Part shown: one piece after another, positions 40,898-53,500 of the stretch
How the letters are laid out: each line of letters starts with the position of its first letter
How positions within the stretch are numbered: the first letter of the stretch is position 1
Source of the DNA: Podarcis gaigeae
Lineage: Eukaryota
NCBI GenBank assembly: GCA_964106915.2
Contig: OZ066922.1
Length of the DNA: 64,000 nucleotides
Direction: 5' to 3' (one strand)
Program-made: the position numbers and the translations under genes
Notes under the pieces: model-generated
Seen by the model: the letters and a program-made list of their open reading frames with translations, nothing else
What the model was told of the DNA's origin: nothing
Databases searched by the model: none

Positions 40898-42609
40898 TAG
40901 AATTCTAGTATTCCTTATCTATGACTGCGGTAAGACATTCACATAAGCAAGTACAGAAGCAGAACTATGATCAGTGGCTACAAATCAGGTATTTTAGGAC
41001 AAAGCAGTTATTTCTAACGCTATACAGCATGTAATATAACTTGTGCCACTACCTTATTAAGATGCATCTGTTTAGTGTCTCTGGGAACTAACCTAGTGTC
41101 CTGTTTCTGTTGATTCACACATGTGCTTGAAACCATCTTTTTTTGCTAGGAATCCTTAAATAATTATTAACGTACTTCTTTCTCCACTTACGCAGCACAA
41201 ATGAAACAATCATTCTAAGGCCGTTATTGCCTCTAGCAAAAATTAGTACTTACAGATGGAAGGGAATAATAGTAGTGTCTCATGACAAGGTATGATGAAG
41301 CTATAGTTATGGATATCATGTCATCATGCCAGGCTGAGATTAGATTTGGCTGCCAGTTATTCTTTAGGTACTATTTGCCATCTGCACTTTTCAATTATAT
41401 GTGCAGAAGGTAAATTTTTTTACTTCTGAAATGTTTTTCTTCCACTTTGGTTACAGAGGACACACAGCTTTATCTGTCCTACTGGCAAAGAATTTCAGAA
41501 AACAATTGAATGCACTCAAGAGTGATTATACGAAAGCCTGGCTTCTGCCATGAATATTGCCATACTCTAATGAAAAAGCACAAATAAGGAAGAGAAGAAA
41601 GGCAATCTGGAAAAAAGGGGAGTACTTGTGATAATTAAACAAAAACACATTTCTTTTACCACAACTGAAGATATGAGAACGGTCGCTGTTTAGTGGTACA
41701 TGCTCAATGAAGAGTTGGCTAAATCAACTTTTCCATTGCAATCCAAAACTACGAAGTATAATTATTTGATTTCACACAGATTTTCTTAGTAAATGGCAAT
41801 AAAATATTTTACCATATAAGCTTATTTTTAAAAGCTTATAAACAATTTTTAAAAAATAAATAAAATAAAAGCAACTACGGAGCTTCCATAAATTTAAGCA
41901 GCTTGTCAACTGCAATAGTCAGCATCCAAAGCAGCGCACATGATGTTCTGATTGTACATGGCACAAAGCCATCAAGGTCCTGACAAGGACCCAGTGAGGA
42001 ACAATAGGAAGGCACAGCGGTGTTTTTCACCCATATATGGACCCATATCCAACTAAGTTCTACCCCAAGTAGACCGACTGCCTAGAAATTTCAATGGGTC
42101 TACTCTGAGTAGGTCTACATGGGATACCACCCATGGTGTGACATGGATCCTGGCCAATGGCACCACTGGCTTCTTTTACACACATATCTCTATTGCAATG
42201 TATCCTTGAAGCTATGACATTTTCTCATCCTGTGACTAACATTTCATTTTTTTCTTATCGTATAGGACGACTAGGAGATTCCTTCAAGCAACAAGAGCTA
42301 GAAGGCTTTAAAAAAACCACAAACAGCAGATGCACAGCTATCTTCAGTTTTTGATATCATCAAAGCTAATCCATTTATACAGGATATAGTGAAACTTACA
42401 AAGTGCTTAGTAAAAATGTTAACAGGTGACAAAAACATTAAAAGTCTTTATCTCTTAAATCCAAGGAACATGGAAAGTAACATGAATGAAATTTATAATT
42501 CATGGAGTACATATAAAATACGTTGCACTTGCCAAGTCTAGTGGAATGGTTGCTATAATATACACAGAGATACATGGAAGCATGTCAAGAAAGAGCAAAT
42601 ATACAGTAC

Positions 42610-42636
42610 CTTTAACTATCTTATCCAAATAGTGAG
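42610..42636 (-). CDS. TENM3: Teneurin-3 alternative micro-exon, splice site A (AHYLDKIVK), 27 nt
   Basis: Long pyrimidine tract + AAG acceptor, G|GTACTG donor; peptide is the known Ten3 EGF7/8 insert. Confidence 0.93.
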
Positions 42637-44114
42637 CTTGAGAATTAAAAAGAAAAAAGAGAACAGACAGACGTTTCAGAAGAGTAATGTAGGAAAGGAA
42701 TTGTTCAGAATTTACACACAGAAAGAGCAGTGATTTGCTGAAATGAGATCTCACATCGCATAGAAAGTTTCCCAGTGTTTAAAAATGTAAAGGATTATCT
42801 CTACAGCAAAATATACAGTCATCATTTGATTAAACACTCAGCATTTTAAAAATGCGTTTTCAGACTAAAAAACCAACACATTTCAAACTCTACAGTTTAC
42901 TTTATAGCTGTTTTTGTTATGCCTAGTCTTTTATGTAGAGCAAACCTAACCAAAGTCATAAATTTTTTTGATTTTCAGTTCATGTTAAAGCAGTTACATA
43001 ACACATGAGCTTTACAGCTTGGCCAAACTGAAGAACCATATATTTGATTTCCAAGTTGTGTACAGTTCAGACATTCTGTACAGAAAAAGTACTGTATTTT
43101 AATTTTGTCCTGTATTATCACTACTTCAAAAAAGAAACAACATCCTTCAGCAATCCACTTATTTGTCTCAGCGCACTTAGCCAATTATGCAAAACACAGA
43201 ACTATATTATTTCATTGAAAGCAGCGGTACCTAGCAATGCAGAAGAAACTAACAGATGCTTTCAAATTTGAGAGTGAAACAAGGTTACAGATACATATAT
43301 ACAACATAGCATGTAACATATAAAATAAGAGAAAGTCTATTTGTTTTTCCCCACAGGTAGCTGTCATTTCAAGTAAAGGTTGGCTGCTGTTTTTTAAAGA
43401 CAGGGCAGTGGTTAAATAATAATTGCTTAATGTTTAACACTGTAACTTACTTACACACCATGTGCCTTATTTTCTAGTCACTTACTGTATGCTAAGTTCA
43501 ATATAAGTGTGACCCATAAATTATGTATTGTATTGCACTGTTTTGCTTAAATATGCTATAAAGCACCTGGAATCACTGATGGAGTATATCAATTGTCAAT
43601 CAAACAAAACAAACAAACCAACAAAATAGCAGACAATATGTGAGTAGCTTATTTACTCCCAACTTGCAGTGGCAACAGCCTAGCCTAGCATGTATCGACT
43701 GATCTAGGAAGGTAGTTTCATTGAAACACTTACCAAATGTAGCTTTAATCAGCACGTGTGAATTCACTCTAAGATAATATCAGTGAAGCTGAACCTGGTT
43801 TTCCCTTTTTGTAAGAGTCATTAGTGACATTATGCAGGATGAGATGGTGGAGTGAATTGGTGCCATTCCAGTCTGTACTCTTTCTGACTGCCTATTTCTC
43901 GATGCACCATGGAGAATGCTACTGCTTGGTGCATCCCTGGAATCTTAACTTGATGAGCAAATCTCTTAAAGAGAGATTACGATGGGATATTCAGGTGTGA
44001 TAGGCACAAACATAGATTTCTGTGAACTGAGCACAGAAGGCAGACATTGCAGCACAGGTGAAATGTGGTTGGTGACTCACTTCTTTTAGGAGACAAGTTG
44101 GCATCTTACTAGAT

Positions 44115-44320
44115 CAGAGCTTTCCAAATTGTGTGTCGTGACACCTTAGTGTGTCTGCTGCAGTGTGTAGGCATGTGGCATAAATGCTGCCCACGCTCCT
44201 CCTTGGGCTGGAAAGTGGTTAGTTTACCCTCTGGTTTACTAGCAAAACTGAATTACTGTGTTGTGAAATGATGTGTGTCTAAAAAGTTTGTCACCAGCAT
44301 GAAAAGTCTGGAAAGCTTTG
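44115..44320. mobile_element. Old hAT-type MITE
   Basis: TIR CAGAGCTTTCCAAA / TCTGGAAAGCTTTG; imperfect 8-bp TSD TACTAGAT/TACTAGTA. Confidence 0.7.
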
Positions 44321-46582
44321 TACTAGTACCTAGATGACGCCGGCAGGAAGCACACCTGACCATTGCTTCCAATTGGTACACGGCAATAAAACCAGAAATG
44401 TTCCCAGATTTTTTGCTGCAGCAGATAAACATGGCTACCCCTGTGCAATTTACAATAGCTACATGCAGAATGAAAGATTTGAACCAGACTATACAGAAAG
44501 ATAAAAGTTATGTGTCATGTACATCTGTACTGATGGCTCCATGTGTCCATACCATTAGTGGCTCAGTGTATGCACTGAATAGGAAGGAAGAATAAAATGG
44601 AATCGTACAGGACCCAGTGTGGAACATAGGGACGTCTGTGAGCAAGACACAGATAGAAAGTGAAAAAGGAAACCATGCATTTGGGAGGTGAATTTAAGGA
44701 AAGATGTGGGAAGGTGGAAGGGAGGAGAAAAACAGCATGGGTACTTCCAGGATGGTGTTCATTAGGGAATGAGTGTTCATGCACACAAATTTTTCAGTGT
44801 CCACATGATATCATTGGTGTATCATTTCATTTAGATTTATCCTTTCCACATAAAATCTAGTAAGTTAAAAGAACCTGTTGCCAACAACCTGCGTGTGTGA
44901 GATATCTGAGCAACCTGTTGGCAATGTTAAGTCCCCCATTGGGAAACATTCTAGTATAGAGGTAGCTTGCTGAAGGGAATATGTGAAATGGAAGACTAGG
45001 GTGGGATTTAACGGGGGAATCTTACAGCATTTATAGAGCTAACTGGTGAGTAGGTAACAGAGAGGAGTATCTGGACTGGAGAAAAGGTTAGGTTAGATAG
45101 AGGAGGTGGAAGGAAAAGATGTGTAAGAAAAGTCATTAAGTTGTGTTTGAAGACAATCGTACAAAAGGGTTGGAAGGAGTGCGATGGGAGATGGGGAATA
45201 AAGACTAGAAAGGAAGATAATACAATGCAATCATCATCTGCCAATTGGCTTCTCTCTCCTCGTTTGCCATGCCTAGGGTCTGTCAGGAGCTCCAGTATTA
45301 GAAATGGGGGAGAGGAAATGAAAACCATGGCCAAAGGCATTGCAACCAATATTCCAAAACTTACTGTTTGCTCAGAGCAGACCCTCTGAAATTAATAGAC
45401 CTAATTTAGTCGTGTTCATTAATATCAGTGGGTCTATTCTGAGTAAAACTTAGTTGAATACCACCCTTACAATAATTAACATAAATTTGGTGGAAGTACT
45501 GTATAAATATAGCTAATACTGTACATAAATAACAGCTCCATACCAAAATAAATACTCAGAGAACAGAAAAGCAAAACTAGACTTGGTGCGTAACAAACTT
45601 GAATCCCATTTATTTCCTGAGAAAAATGATGCTTGTGGGAGGGTGATGTGCAATGGAAAAGAGACAGAGCAGTTAAACACATTTCTGTAACTCTGGTGTG
45701 GAAATAGCTCAAGGTAGTTTGATATTGAGCTGAGAAGCAGGCAGAGAAAGGATTATGTAGTGCCTGTTACTTCTCCACTCTGTATCATTTCCTCCTAGAT
45801 GAAATTTTACTATAAAAATATAGTTGCTTTGCTAGCAAAAGCTCAGATCTTCGAAAAATATGAGCATCTCTCACCCCCCCAAAAAACCCCTGAATCTCAC
45901 AGCTTCTTAAGAAAATCTCTCAGATGACAATGGTGGAAATAAGACAAATTTTGAATTATATAATTTGTTGGCTTAGTACTATTAAGAAATTTGACAATAA
46001 TTGTGGGAGGGCATAGTGGGAATACATTAGGATTCACATAAGATTACTTAAAAGATTTCTAATAGCTTCTGTAATCAACTAATGTAAGGAACATCAACAA
46101 ACTGCAGAGTGAAAACAAGCATAGCAACAAGAAGAAAAATTATTCATCTCCATTGTAATTTTTCCAGCAATAAACTATTAAAGCTAGCAGGAAAATTCCC
46201 ATTTACTATTATGGTTTTTTTTAACAACAGGTCTTAATGCAGGCTTTCTAAAATTTAATGCTTTTCATTAGTCTTCCATTAGAGATATAAGTAGGTATCC
46301 CCCTTAGATTATTCATATGCTAGCTCCTGTAGATATGACAGAATAGCTACAGCCTGCAAAAAAGTATATATTAAATCCATTTATTCCAATCATCTCCTGT
46401 TTAAATCAGCATGAACAGCATGCTCAGTGATTTGATGTTCCTTAATTGGTACTCACTGCACTGTTTTATTACTGATTACCCTGTCATAAAGGATTATAGC
46501 AGTGACATAATTTTCAATGCAGTATAACAAATTCATATTCATATTAGTTTATTCGTGCCCTTTACAAGATATTTTCACTTAC

Positions 46583-46603
46583 CATGATCTTTCTTGTCTA
46601 GGG
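46583..46603 (-). CDS. TENM3: Candidate alternative micro-exon (A)LDKKDH, 21 nt, phase 1->1
   Basis: TATTTTTCTTTTTTATTCTAG|CCCTAGACAAGAAAGATCATG|GTAAGTG; frame-preserving, no stop; no transcript evidence available. Confidence 0.55.
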
Positions 46604-47649
46604 CTAGAATAAAAAAGAAAAATACTAACTATCCTGTTTTGCGCACAGCTTTTCAACATGACTGTAAGCTAAGATGTCATGCTAGGGGTAAAATAATTGA
46701 CCAGGTATTAAAAATACCTCCCTACCACTTAAAATGAAATTTAAATAAAACTTGCAGGCAAAGCTGCGACACAAATTCCAATGGCTAATTCCATGAAACA
46801 CAAGCTGGTGAATTCATACTCAGATTTGGGCACAATGACTGATGCACTGGAGAAATTTCATAATTTTTAGCCTTGAAAACTTACAAAGGTTGTTATGCTC
46901 ACTGTGCTATGAATATTCTTGGTGATGTTTTGGCAGTAGTTATCACCAGATGTAATTTAGTACCAGAAATCTACTGCATGATACAAGATTGGGTAGAGAA
47001 GGAACAAGTAACAGGAGACTCCTGAGTATATTTCAGCTACCTCAAAATCACTTAAGGTCCCACCTCTCTAATATTTGAAACTGAATTTCCTCCTTTGGTT
47101 CCAAAGGGGACCCAAAGCCTTATCCTGGTCCTCTGAAACACTCCCCCACCCCAAACCTCTCTAACATATTTTGCTCCACCAATATCAGAGCTCCAACATT
47201 GCTAGGGCCACAGATGTTGCTACAGATGTGGAGAGGGAGCTATGTTGGCTCTCCAATCATGGAGTTATCTACATGATGTATTCTACGACCCCAGGTCAAA
47301 GGATTGCAGTCCTAGGAGATAAAAAGAATACCAGACACAGAGATTACTCTTAGAGATGGATTTTAGTGCTAACTAGTAAATACGGTCATACCTTGGAAGT
47401 CGAATGGAATCCATTCTGGAAGTCTGTTAGACTTCCAAAATGTTCAGAAACCAAAGCACGGATTCTGATTGGCTGCAGGAGCGTCCTGCAGCCAATCGGA
47501 AGTCACACCAGACATTCGGCTTCCGAAAATTGTTCAAAAACCGGAACACTCACTTCCAGTTACAGATAGGTAGCCGTGTTGGTCTGCCATAGTCAAAACA
47601 AAAAAAATTCCTTCCAGTAGCACCTTAAAGACCAACTAAGTTAGTTCTT

Positions 47650-47689
47650 GGTATGAGCTTTCGTGTGCATGCACGCTTCTTCAGATACC
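47650..47689 (-). ncRNA. Second hammerhead motif (TENM3-sense strand), one stem II mismatch
   Basis: Reverse complement reads GGTATCTGAAGAAGCGTGCATGCACACGAAAGCTCATACC. Confidence 0.65.
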
Positions 47690-47700
47690 TGAAGGAACAA

Positions 47701-47740
47701 GGTATCTGAAGAAGTGTGCATGCACACGAAAGCTCATACC
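47701..47740 (+). ncRNA. Minimal type I hammerhead ribozyme motif
   Basis: GGTAT-CTGAAGA-A-GTGTG CATG CACAC-GAAA-GC-TC-ATACC: stem I, CUGANGA, stem II, GAAA, UH site. Confidence 0.75.
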
Positions 47741-50494
47741 AAGAACTAACTTAGTTGGTCTTTAAGGTGCTACTGGAAGGATTTTTTTTTTGTTTTGACT
47801 CACTTCCAGGTTTTGATCGTTTGGGAGCTGAATTGTTCGGGAGCCAAGGCGTTCAGGATCCAAGGTATGACTGTAAATGCTTAGGGTGACATGTGCTGCT
47901 GTGTGTGGTGGTAAGGATTTTGCTTTGTGATTGAAGGCAAATAGGCCAGCAAAGCTGTTTAGGGCTTGAGCATTAGTTTTGTGATGAAGCATTAAATAAA
48001 CCATTATTGAAAATTAATTACTATATTTCCTTTAATCTTGTGGTAGCCTTACAATTAATGCCATTTGGGACTTGACCAGAAAGGATGGAGGCAGTCTCCT
48101 TGTGATAGTTCTGCTTAATGCCCAAAGAGTCATGAAACCAATTATCATAAAGGAAGGAAAAGAAAGAAAATAAGACAAGCTTTTCTCAAAAGAAACGTAG
48201 CAACCTGTTAAAACATTCAGAAAACTAGGAAGCTGATATCAGCATATCCTAACATGACTGCAGAGTAACTCTGTGGTAGAAAACTGTGCAAGTATGTAGC
48301 AGTAGCTACGCTTAGTTATGTGATCTTTCATAACCTCCACGCAGGCCTGAATTGAAACTATTTGTCTACATTAATTGTAATTAGTGTCACATTACTGTAA
48401 ATTCAGTCACATAATATCTTCAGTTTCACATGCAATACCTAATATTTTCAGAATTGACAGATGGTATTTCTGTTTTCCCAAGTCTTCTCTTTTATTATCA
48501 AAATACTGTCATTTTCTGAAGTGTTCAAAGTTCTGTGCTGACAGAGGCCTTTATTTCTTCCCACAGAGAATGCTTACTCTTCACTTTCTAATTCTGCAGA
48601 AGTAAGAATAATTCTGAATTTGAACCTACAATTGTAATAGATTGCACTTTTTCTTGCATAGCTTGTAGAGTGCCAGACCAGCTGTATTCTTTGAACATTT
48701 TGTCCTCTCGTATATCTATCAATTTCCTGTGCAATAGCTGCTACTAACTTCAATGTCTTCGCAGCACGTCTGCAATTTTAAAACTTACAAACTTCCTTCG
48801 TGCAGGCTTTTTTTAAAAAAACTACTTGTGTAAAGTTCTATGTTCCCCATTTAAATCTGGTAAGAGCATTTATGTTTTTATTGTAACATTTCAAATAGGA
48901 TTAGAGTAGACTTTGGACTACTTAACTGCTAATTAGCTATCAGTATGAAGGCAGCTAAGTGCTATTTATGTGCCTTGTTAAAACCATGTACAATCATATA
49001 TGTACATGGCTCCATGGCACAGAATTCCTGTCTTATTTATAGTGCCATTTAAAACAAGCTTTTAAAATCTCGCCATTACTCACACCATTTTTTGATGTTA
49101 ACGTGCAGGAGAACAAACTTCCAGCAGCTTCATCTAGCAAGATATATCTAGTAACAAACAATAGGCTGCTTGAGAAGCTACAGGTTCTGTTGCATTAGGC
49201 CTGAACCAGCAGTAGCTCCCTATTCTAAAATCTGTCTGTGCTTTCAGTTTCAAATAGTCTTCCCTGGAGCCATAACCTTCAAAAAGCCCCCTAGTCACCC
49301 AGCTTTGCCTTCTTGCCCCCACAGACTTGACAAGTACACAATCTCTGTACTTCCACGAGCCCAGCAATTCAGTACAAATAATCCTGACTTTGCCTCCCAA
49401 TTGATGGGAGGTGCAAAAAACAGGATTCAAGTAATCCAGACTAGTCTGCTACTAGATGTCTCCAACTGCTTTCTGCCTAGCTCCACAAATCCAAAGGTCA
49501 ATTCATTCTAAACAGCTTAGCCTTCTTGTAGGAAACAGAGAACTCAGGGAAGTCCCAGTTAACTATTCATGTCTCCTTAAGTTGTTTTTCCTCATACGCT
49601 GAGATGCATTCCACTAATGATATGCTTATTGCCCCCATCCATTTGAGACTAGGTTAAAATATACATGTCTCCCAGCCAGGTTAAAATATCACCAAAGCCT
49701 AACTCCATATCTTCTCTGAATGCTTAATGGTATACACTCGCATTTATACCACTTACTTTGAACCACATGAATATGTATATAAATATTAATTTTGGACAGA
49801 ACGATCACTGTTTCCACACCATAACAATTAAACAGCTGTAATGCCTCTCGTGAGCTAAGTGTTTGAGCTGCAGGCAAGTTCTTTAAACAGATGGTCTTAC
49901 TCACCCATATTTAACGTTACAGATTTATTTCAAAAGGGCTGTTGACAAATCAGAATGCAGCAGAATTTTAATGCAGGTTTTCTAATTTGCAATGTAAATT
50001 ACCTAACAATAATAATGTGTATAGAAAGAAAAAATTATGAAGCTTTTTAATTGGAGCCACTAATACAACACTTGAATATAGTAGATTCCTACCAACGTAA
50101 TTATTTGCTAATTCCATTCGACTAAATGCGTTTAATGGCAAAGCAGCTGGTGAAGCATTCACTTTTATAGTGTTCCTATCACAGTTATTTAATTTACCCA
50201 AGATAAGTGTCAGCTAAATTGCAAAAACAATAGCCTATCGCTAACAATCTCCCTTCCAACTTTACACTCTTGCTCAGTTGGGTGTGAATCAATGCAACTT
50301 ACATGGACCTAAAGTTAAGCACACAACTCTGCATTTAGTTATAAGCTGATCTCATTGATACTTCATCACATGTCCAATTGCATCCTATAATTATTTTAGA
50401 AGAGAACTTAATTTACTTTATTCTGAAATAGTCAGAGCTGGTCCACCCATTAGCCACAGTGAGACCTTTATCTCAGGCAGATGGAGAGGGCCTG

Positions 50495-50497
<3 letters not shown>

Positions 50498-50560
<63 letters not shown>

Positions 50561-50561
50561 T
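50498..50561. repeat. Compound (TC)n(TG)n microsatellite
   Basis: Direct reading. Confidence 0.95.
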
Positions 50562-53500
50562 CCCCCAGCCCAGACACACTCTCAGTGCCATTTCGCCACT
50601 GACTGTGGGTCAGTGCTGCCACCAGCTGCCCCCTCCCTCCACTGTCTGCTACGGAGTGTGAAGCTGCAGCAAAGCTCTCAGTAGCAATTCTTACAGGGCT
50701 CTCTAGATAACCTATGCCTCACTTTGAAGAACAGTTGTTCCTCAGAGTAAGTCATTGTGGATAAAGTAGTCTCTGAGAGTGCCTGCATGATCCCTGCATT
50801 GCCATGGTGAATGCAGCCTAAAGTTAAAAATGTATTTATTGCTATGGCAACAAAGCAGCACAAGACTTTGTCAGATGAGATGACTCTGGTCAGCCTTGGC
50901 ACACTTGTGTTGCTATTGATGATGTAGTGGCAAAAGCAACAGAAGCAGGTCAACATGCTGGGGCAGTGGCAGCTGCCAGTATGCCTCAGGCGGCAGAAAG
51001 TCTTGCACTAGCCCTGGAAATGGGATACAAAAGCATATAAATACTACAAAATGCTAGTGACCGAATCCAGTATCTGCATTCAGTTCAACAGAATAACTCA
51101 ATCTACATACATTAACTGAAACAGCAATACAGAATGGGTCCCTCCATTCAAAACATTACAGCATTCTTTGAATTGTACAATGTACCTTATCAGTAAGTTT
51201 TGTCAAGCAGGTTTTGGCGCAATGATGGAGAACTTGTAGCTTTCCAGATGCTATTGGAACTCCAGCTCCAGATAGCCAAGGATATTAAAAAATTGTGGCT
51301 GCATCAACATCTTGAAAGCTATAAATTCACTATGTCTATTTTAGCGTCTGATTCTCAGTTCCACATGGACCAGCGTTATAGAGAGTTATCTTTCCATGAA
51401 GGCAATCTTAAGTGGGACCAGTAAGGAGCAGAGTGGTCAGTCCACTGTCATATCCCAAGTACAGCCAGCTCTTACCCATTCTTCTTTGCTATCCTAGTTC
51501 TAGGTTGACAAAGATAAAAGGTCAAAAGATCAAGCCACTGGGAGACAACTGCTGCCCAGCCTTGGGCCCATTTCAAAGTTTGCTGCTTGCTGGGCTGGGT
51601 GTGTAATGCGTGTCATCCTTAGTCTCAGTGTTACACCTGTAGAACTCAGCAAGGAGGATGAGAAGGACAAACCAATAATAAGGACAAACCCATCATTGTC
51701 TCTGGCACCACCTACTGCCTGGGCTTCCCACCTTCTGCCCTACCTGTCCCAATGAGCACCAACCACTGCAGACTCCACTCATTATTATTTGTTGCTTCTG
51801 AACTGATGCTCAAACAAGTTAGATCCAGTTAAAAGCTATATTAAAACTAGGTTAGCATCTCAACAGTTACAGAGCACTGGTTTCCAATGCCTCCCACGTC
51901 TGCACTCAGTAGGAAGAAGGCTAATAAGACAGATGATCTCCAGGCCAGTCTGAATTGATGCGTGTAGATGAGCTTTGGACTTGAAAACAAGGAGAGGTTC
52001 TGCTCACTTTTACCGAATGTATGCTCATAAGGGGTTCACACAGCTATTTGTTAACACAGCTATTAACTTGGTAAAATATGAAAAGCTTGCAGTTCTCCTG
52101 GCATGTAACTCTGAACAATGGACAAGTTCTCAACTTTGGAGAGCGAGGAAGTGCATGCTGATCATATTAGTGAGAAGTAAAGCTCTACAATGTGCAAGCC
52201 ATCAATAAACGTAGGTTTAAGGAAGCATCTGATGCACGTTTCCACTGAGAACTTCTATTAGTTTTTGAAAATGTTTCATTTCTTTCCCACCTAATTTTCA
52301 ATTACTCTTTCTATTTGTATTCAGCAGGGCACATATTTAGAAGCCCCCCAAAAATCCCATCTCTCCAGTTTAAGGAAAGGTAGTCCTTTGAGGTGTTCTC
52401 TGCTAATAGTGTTTTAAACACCAAGCTGTTTATTGAGTTACATTGATTTTCATGTAGATGCAGGCAATTCAAATGGAAATCTGGCCTAGGGGAAATCCTA
52501 ATTCCTTTAAGCTACGAAATACCTGCAATTTGTTTTTATTTCTTCACTACATTGGAAAGCAAGATCATTAATGATCACAAAGACATGCTTTGTTCAGGAA
52601 AAAAAAAGTAGTCAAGCTGGTCAGTGCACCTCTGTTAAACACCAAGGCTGATGTGAGATTTAGGAAGCCAATCAGTGAAAATTTGAAAATGAAACACTAA
52701 CAGCTGGGGAATTAGCTGTTAAACACTACATACAAGACTAAAACATTTGGAATCTGGACAGAATTTCAATCTTGCACCTTGTATCTTGTTTTATTAAGCA
52801 TCATGATTGTACGATTAGTAAGTATTGCACATGGTGCAATTATTATGCTGCATTGTGCTATTTCCCCTTTTTCCATTTGAACTCTGTAATAGGGTTACAA
52901 AGATTCTCAGAAATATAGGTGGTGTAAGTTATTCCTCTTGACAATTATTGCAGACTCCTTTTTCTACTGCCATTGGATAGTGATCACAGACTTACTGGGA
53001 GTACCACAAGGGCTGGGTGCAATACACTTTGTTTTGTTGACATTATGCAGGTTTTATTTTTCTCTAACATTATTTTATCTGTACTGACAGAAGGTTGGAT
53101 CCAAAATACCAATTCTTTTGGGGGAAAACTGTTTTTGTTGGAAGAATGGAATCTTGAGATCCAACCCATTGGTTCTACCCATTTTCTCTTTTCAAGCTTT
53201 CTATCATTGAATTTATTTATACACACAGCTTCTGTTTACCAAACATAGTATATGCTCCATGGAAATTGTTCATTAGGCGAGCGTTTGCATAACGAGTCCA
53301 CAATTTCCATTGATTCCTAGGGGAACATTTGTAATTGGGGATTTGTCAGATCTGTCTCCATGGTTTCTTCCTAAAATGGCTGCAGCCAATCAGCATGTCT
53401 CTCACAAAGAACAAAAACTGATCTGTCTGATCTCTCCTGCTCGCCAATTTGTCTGATCTTGTTCCCTCCCTCTCTGCACAGTTTCTGTCTAAAAGTGTCT

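Larger units (their letters stand above)
47560..47800. mobile_element. Penelope-like retroelement terminal remnant with inverted pseudo-LTR
   Basis: ~100-bp inverted arms (47591-47690 / 47700-47800), TSD ACTCACTTCCAG, embedded hammerhead motifs. Confidence 0.75.
47383..47873. mobile_element. Tc1/mariner(pogo)-type MITE hosting a nested insertion
   Basis: TIR CGGTCATACCTTGGA / TCCAAGGTATGACTG (14/15), TA TSD, internal hairpin near 47464-47500. Confidence 0.85.

Noticed and set aside
43733-43741. 9-nt in-frame micro-exon candidate with GTAAGT donor
   Set aside because: No pyrimidine tract at the acceptor
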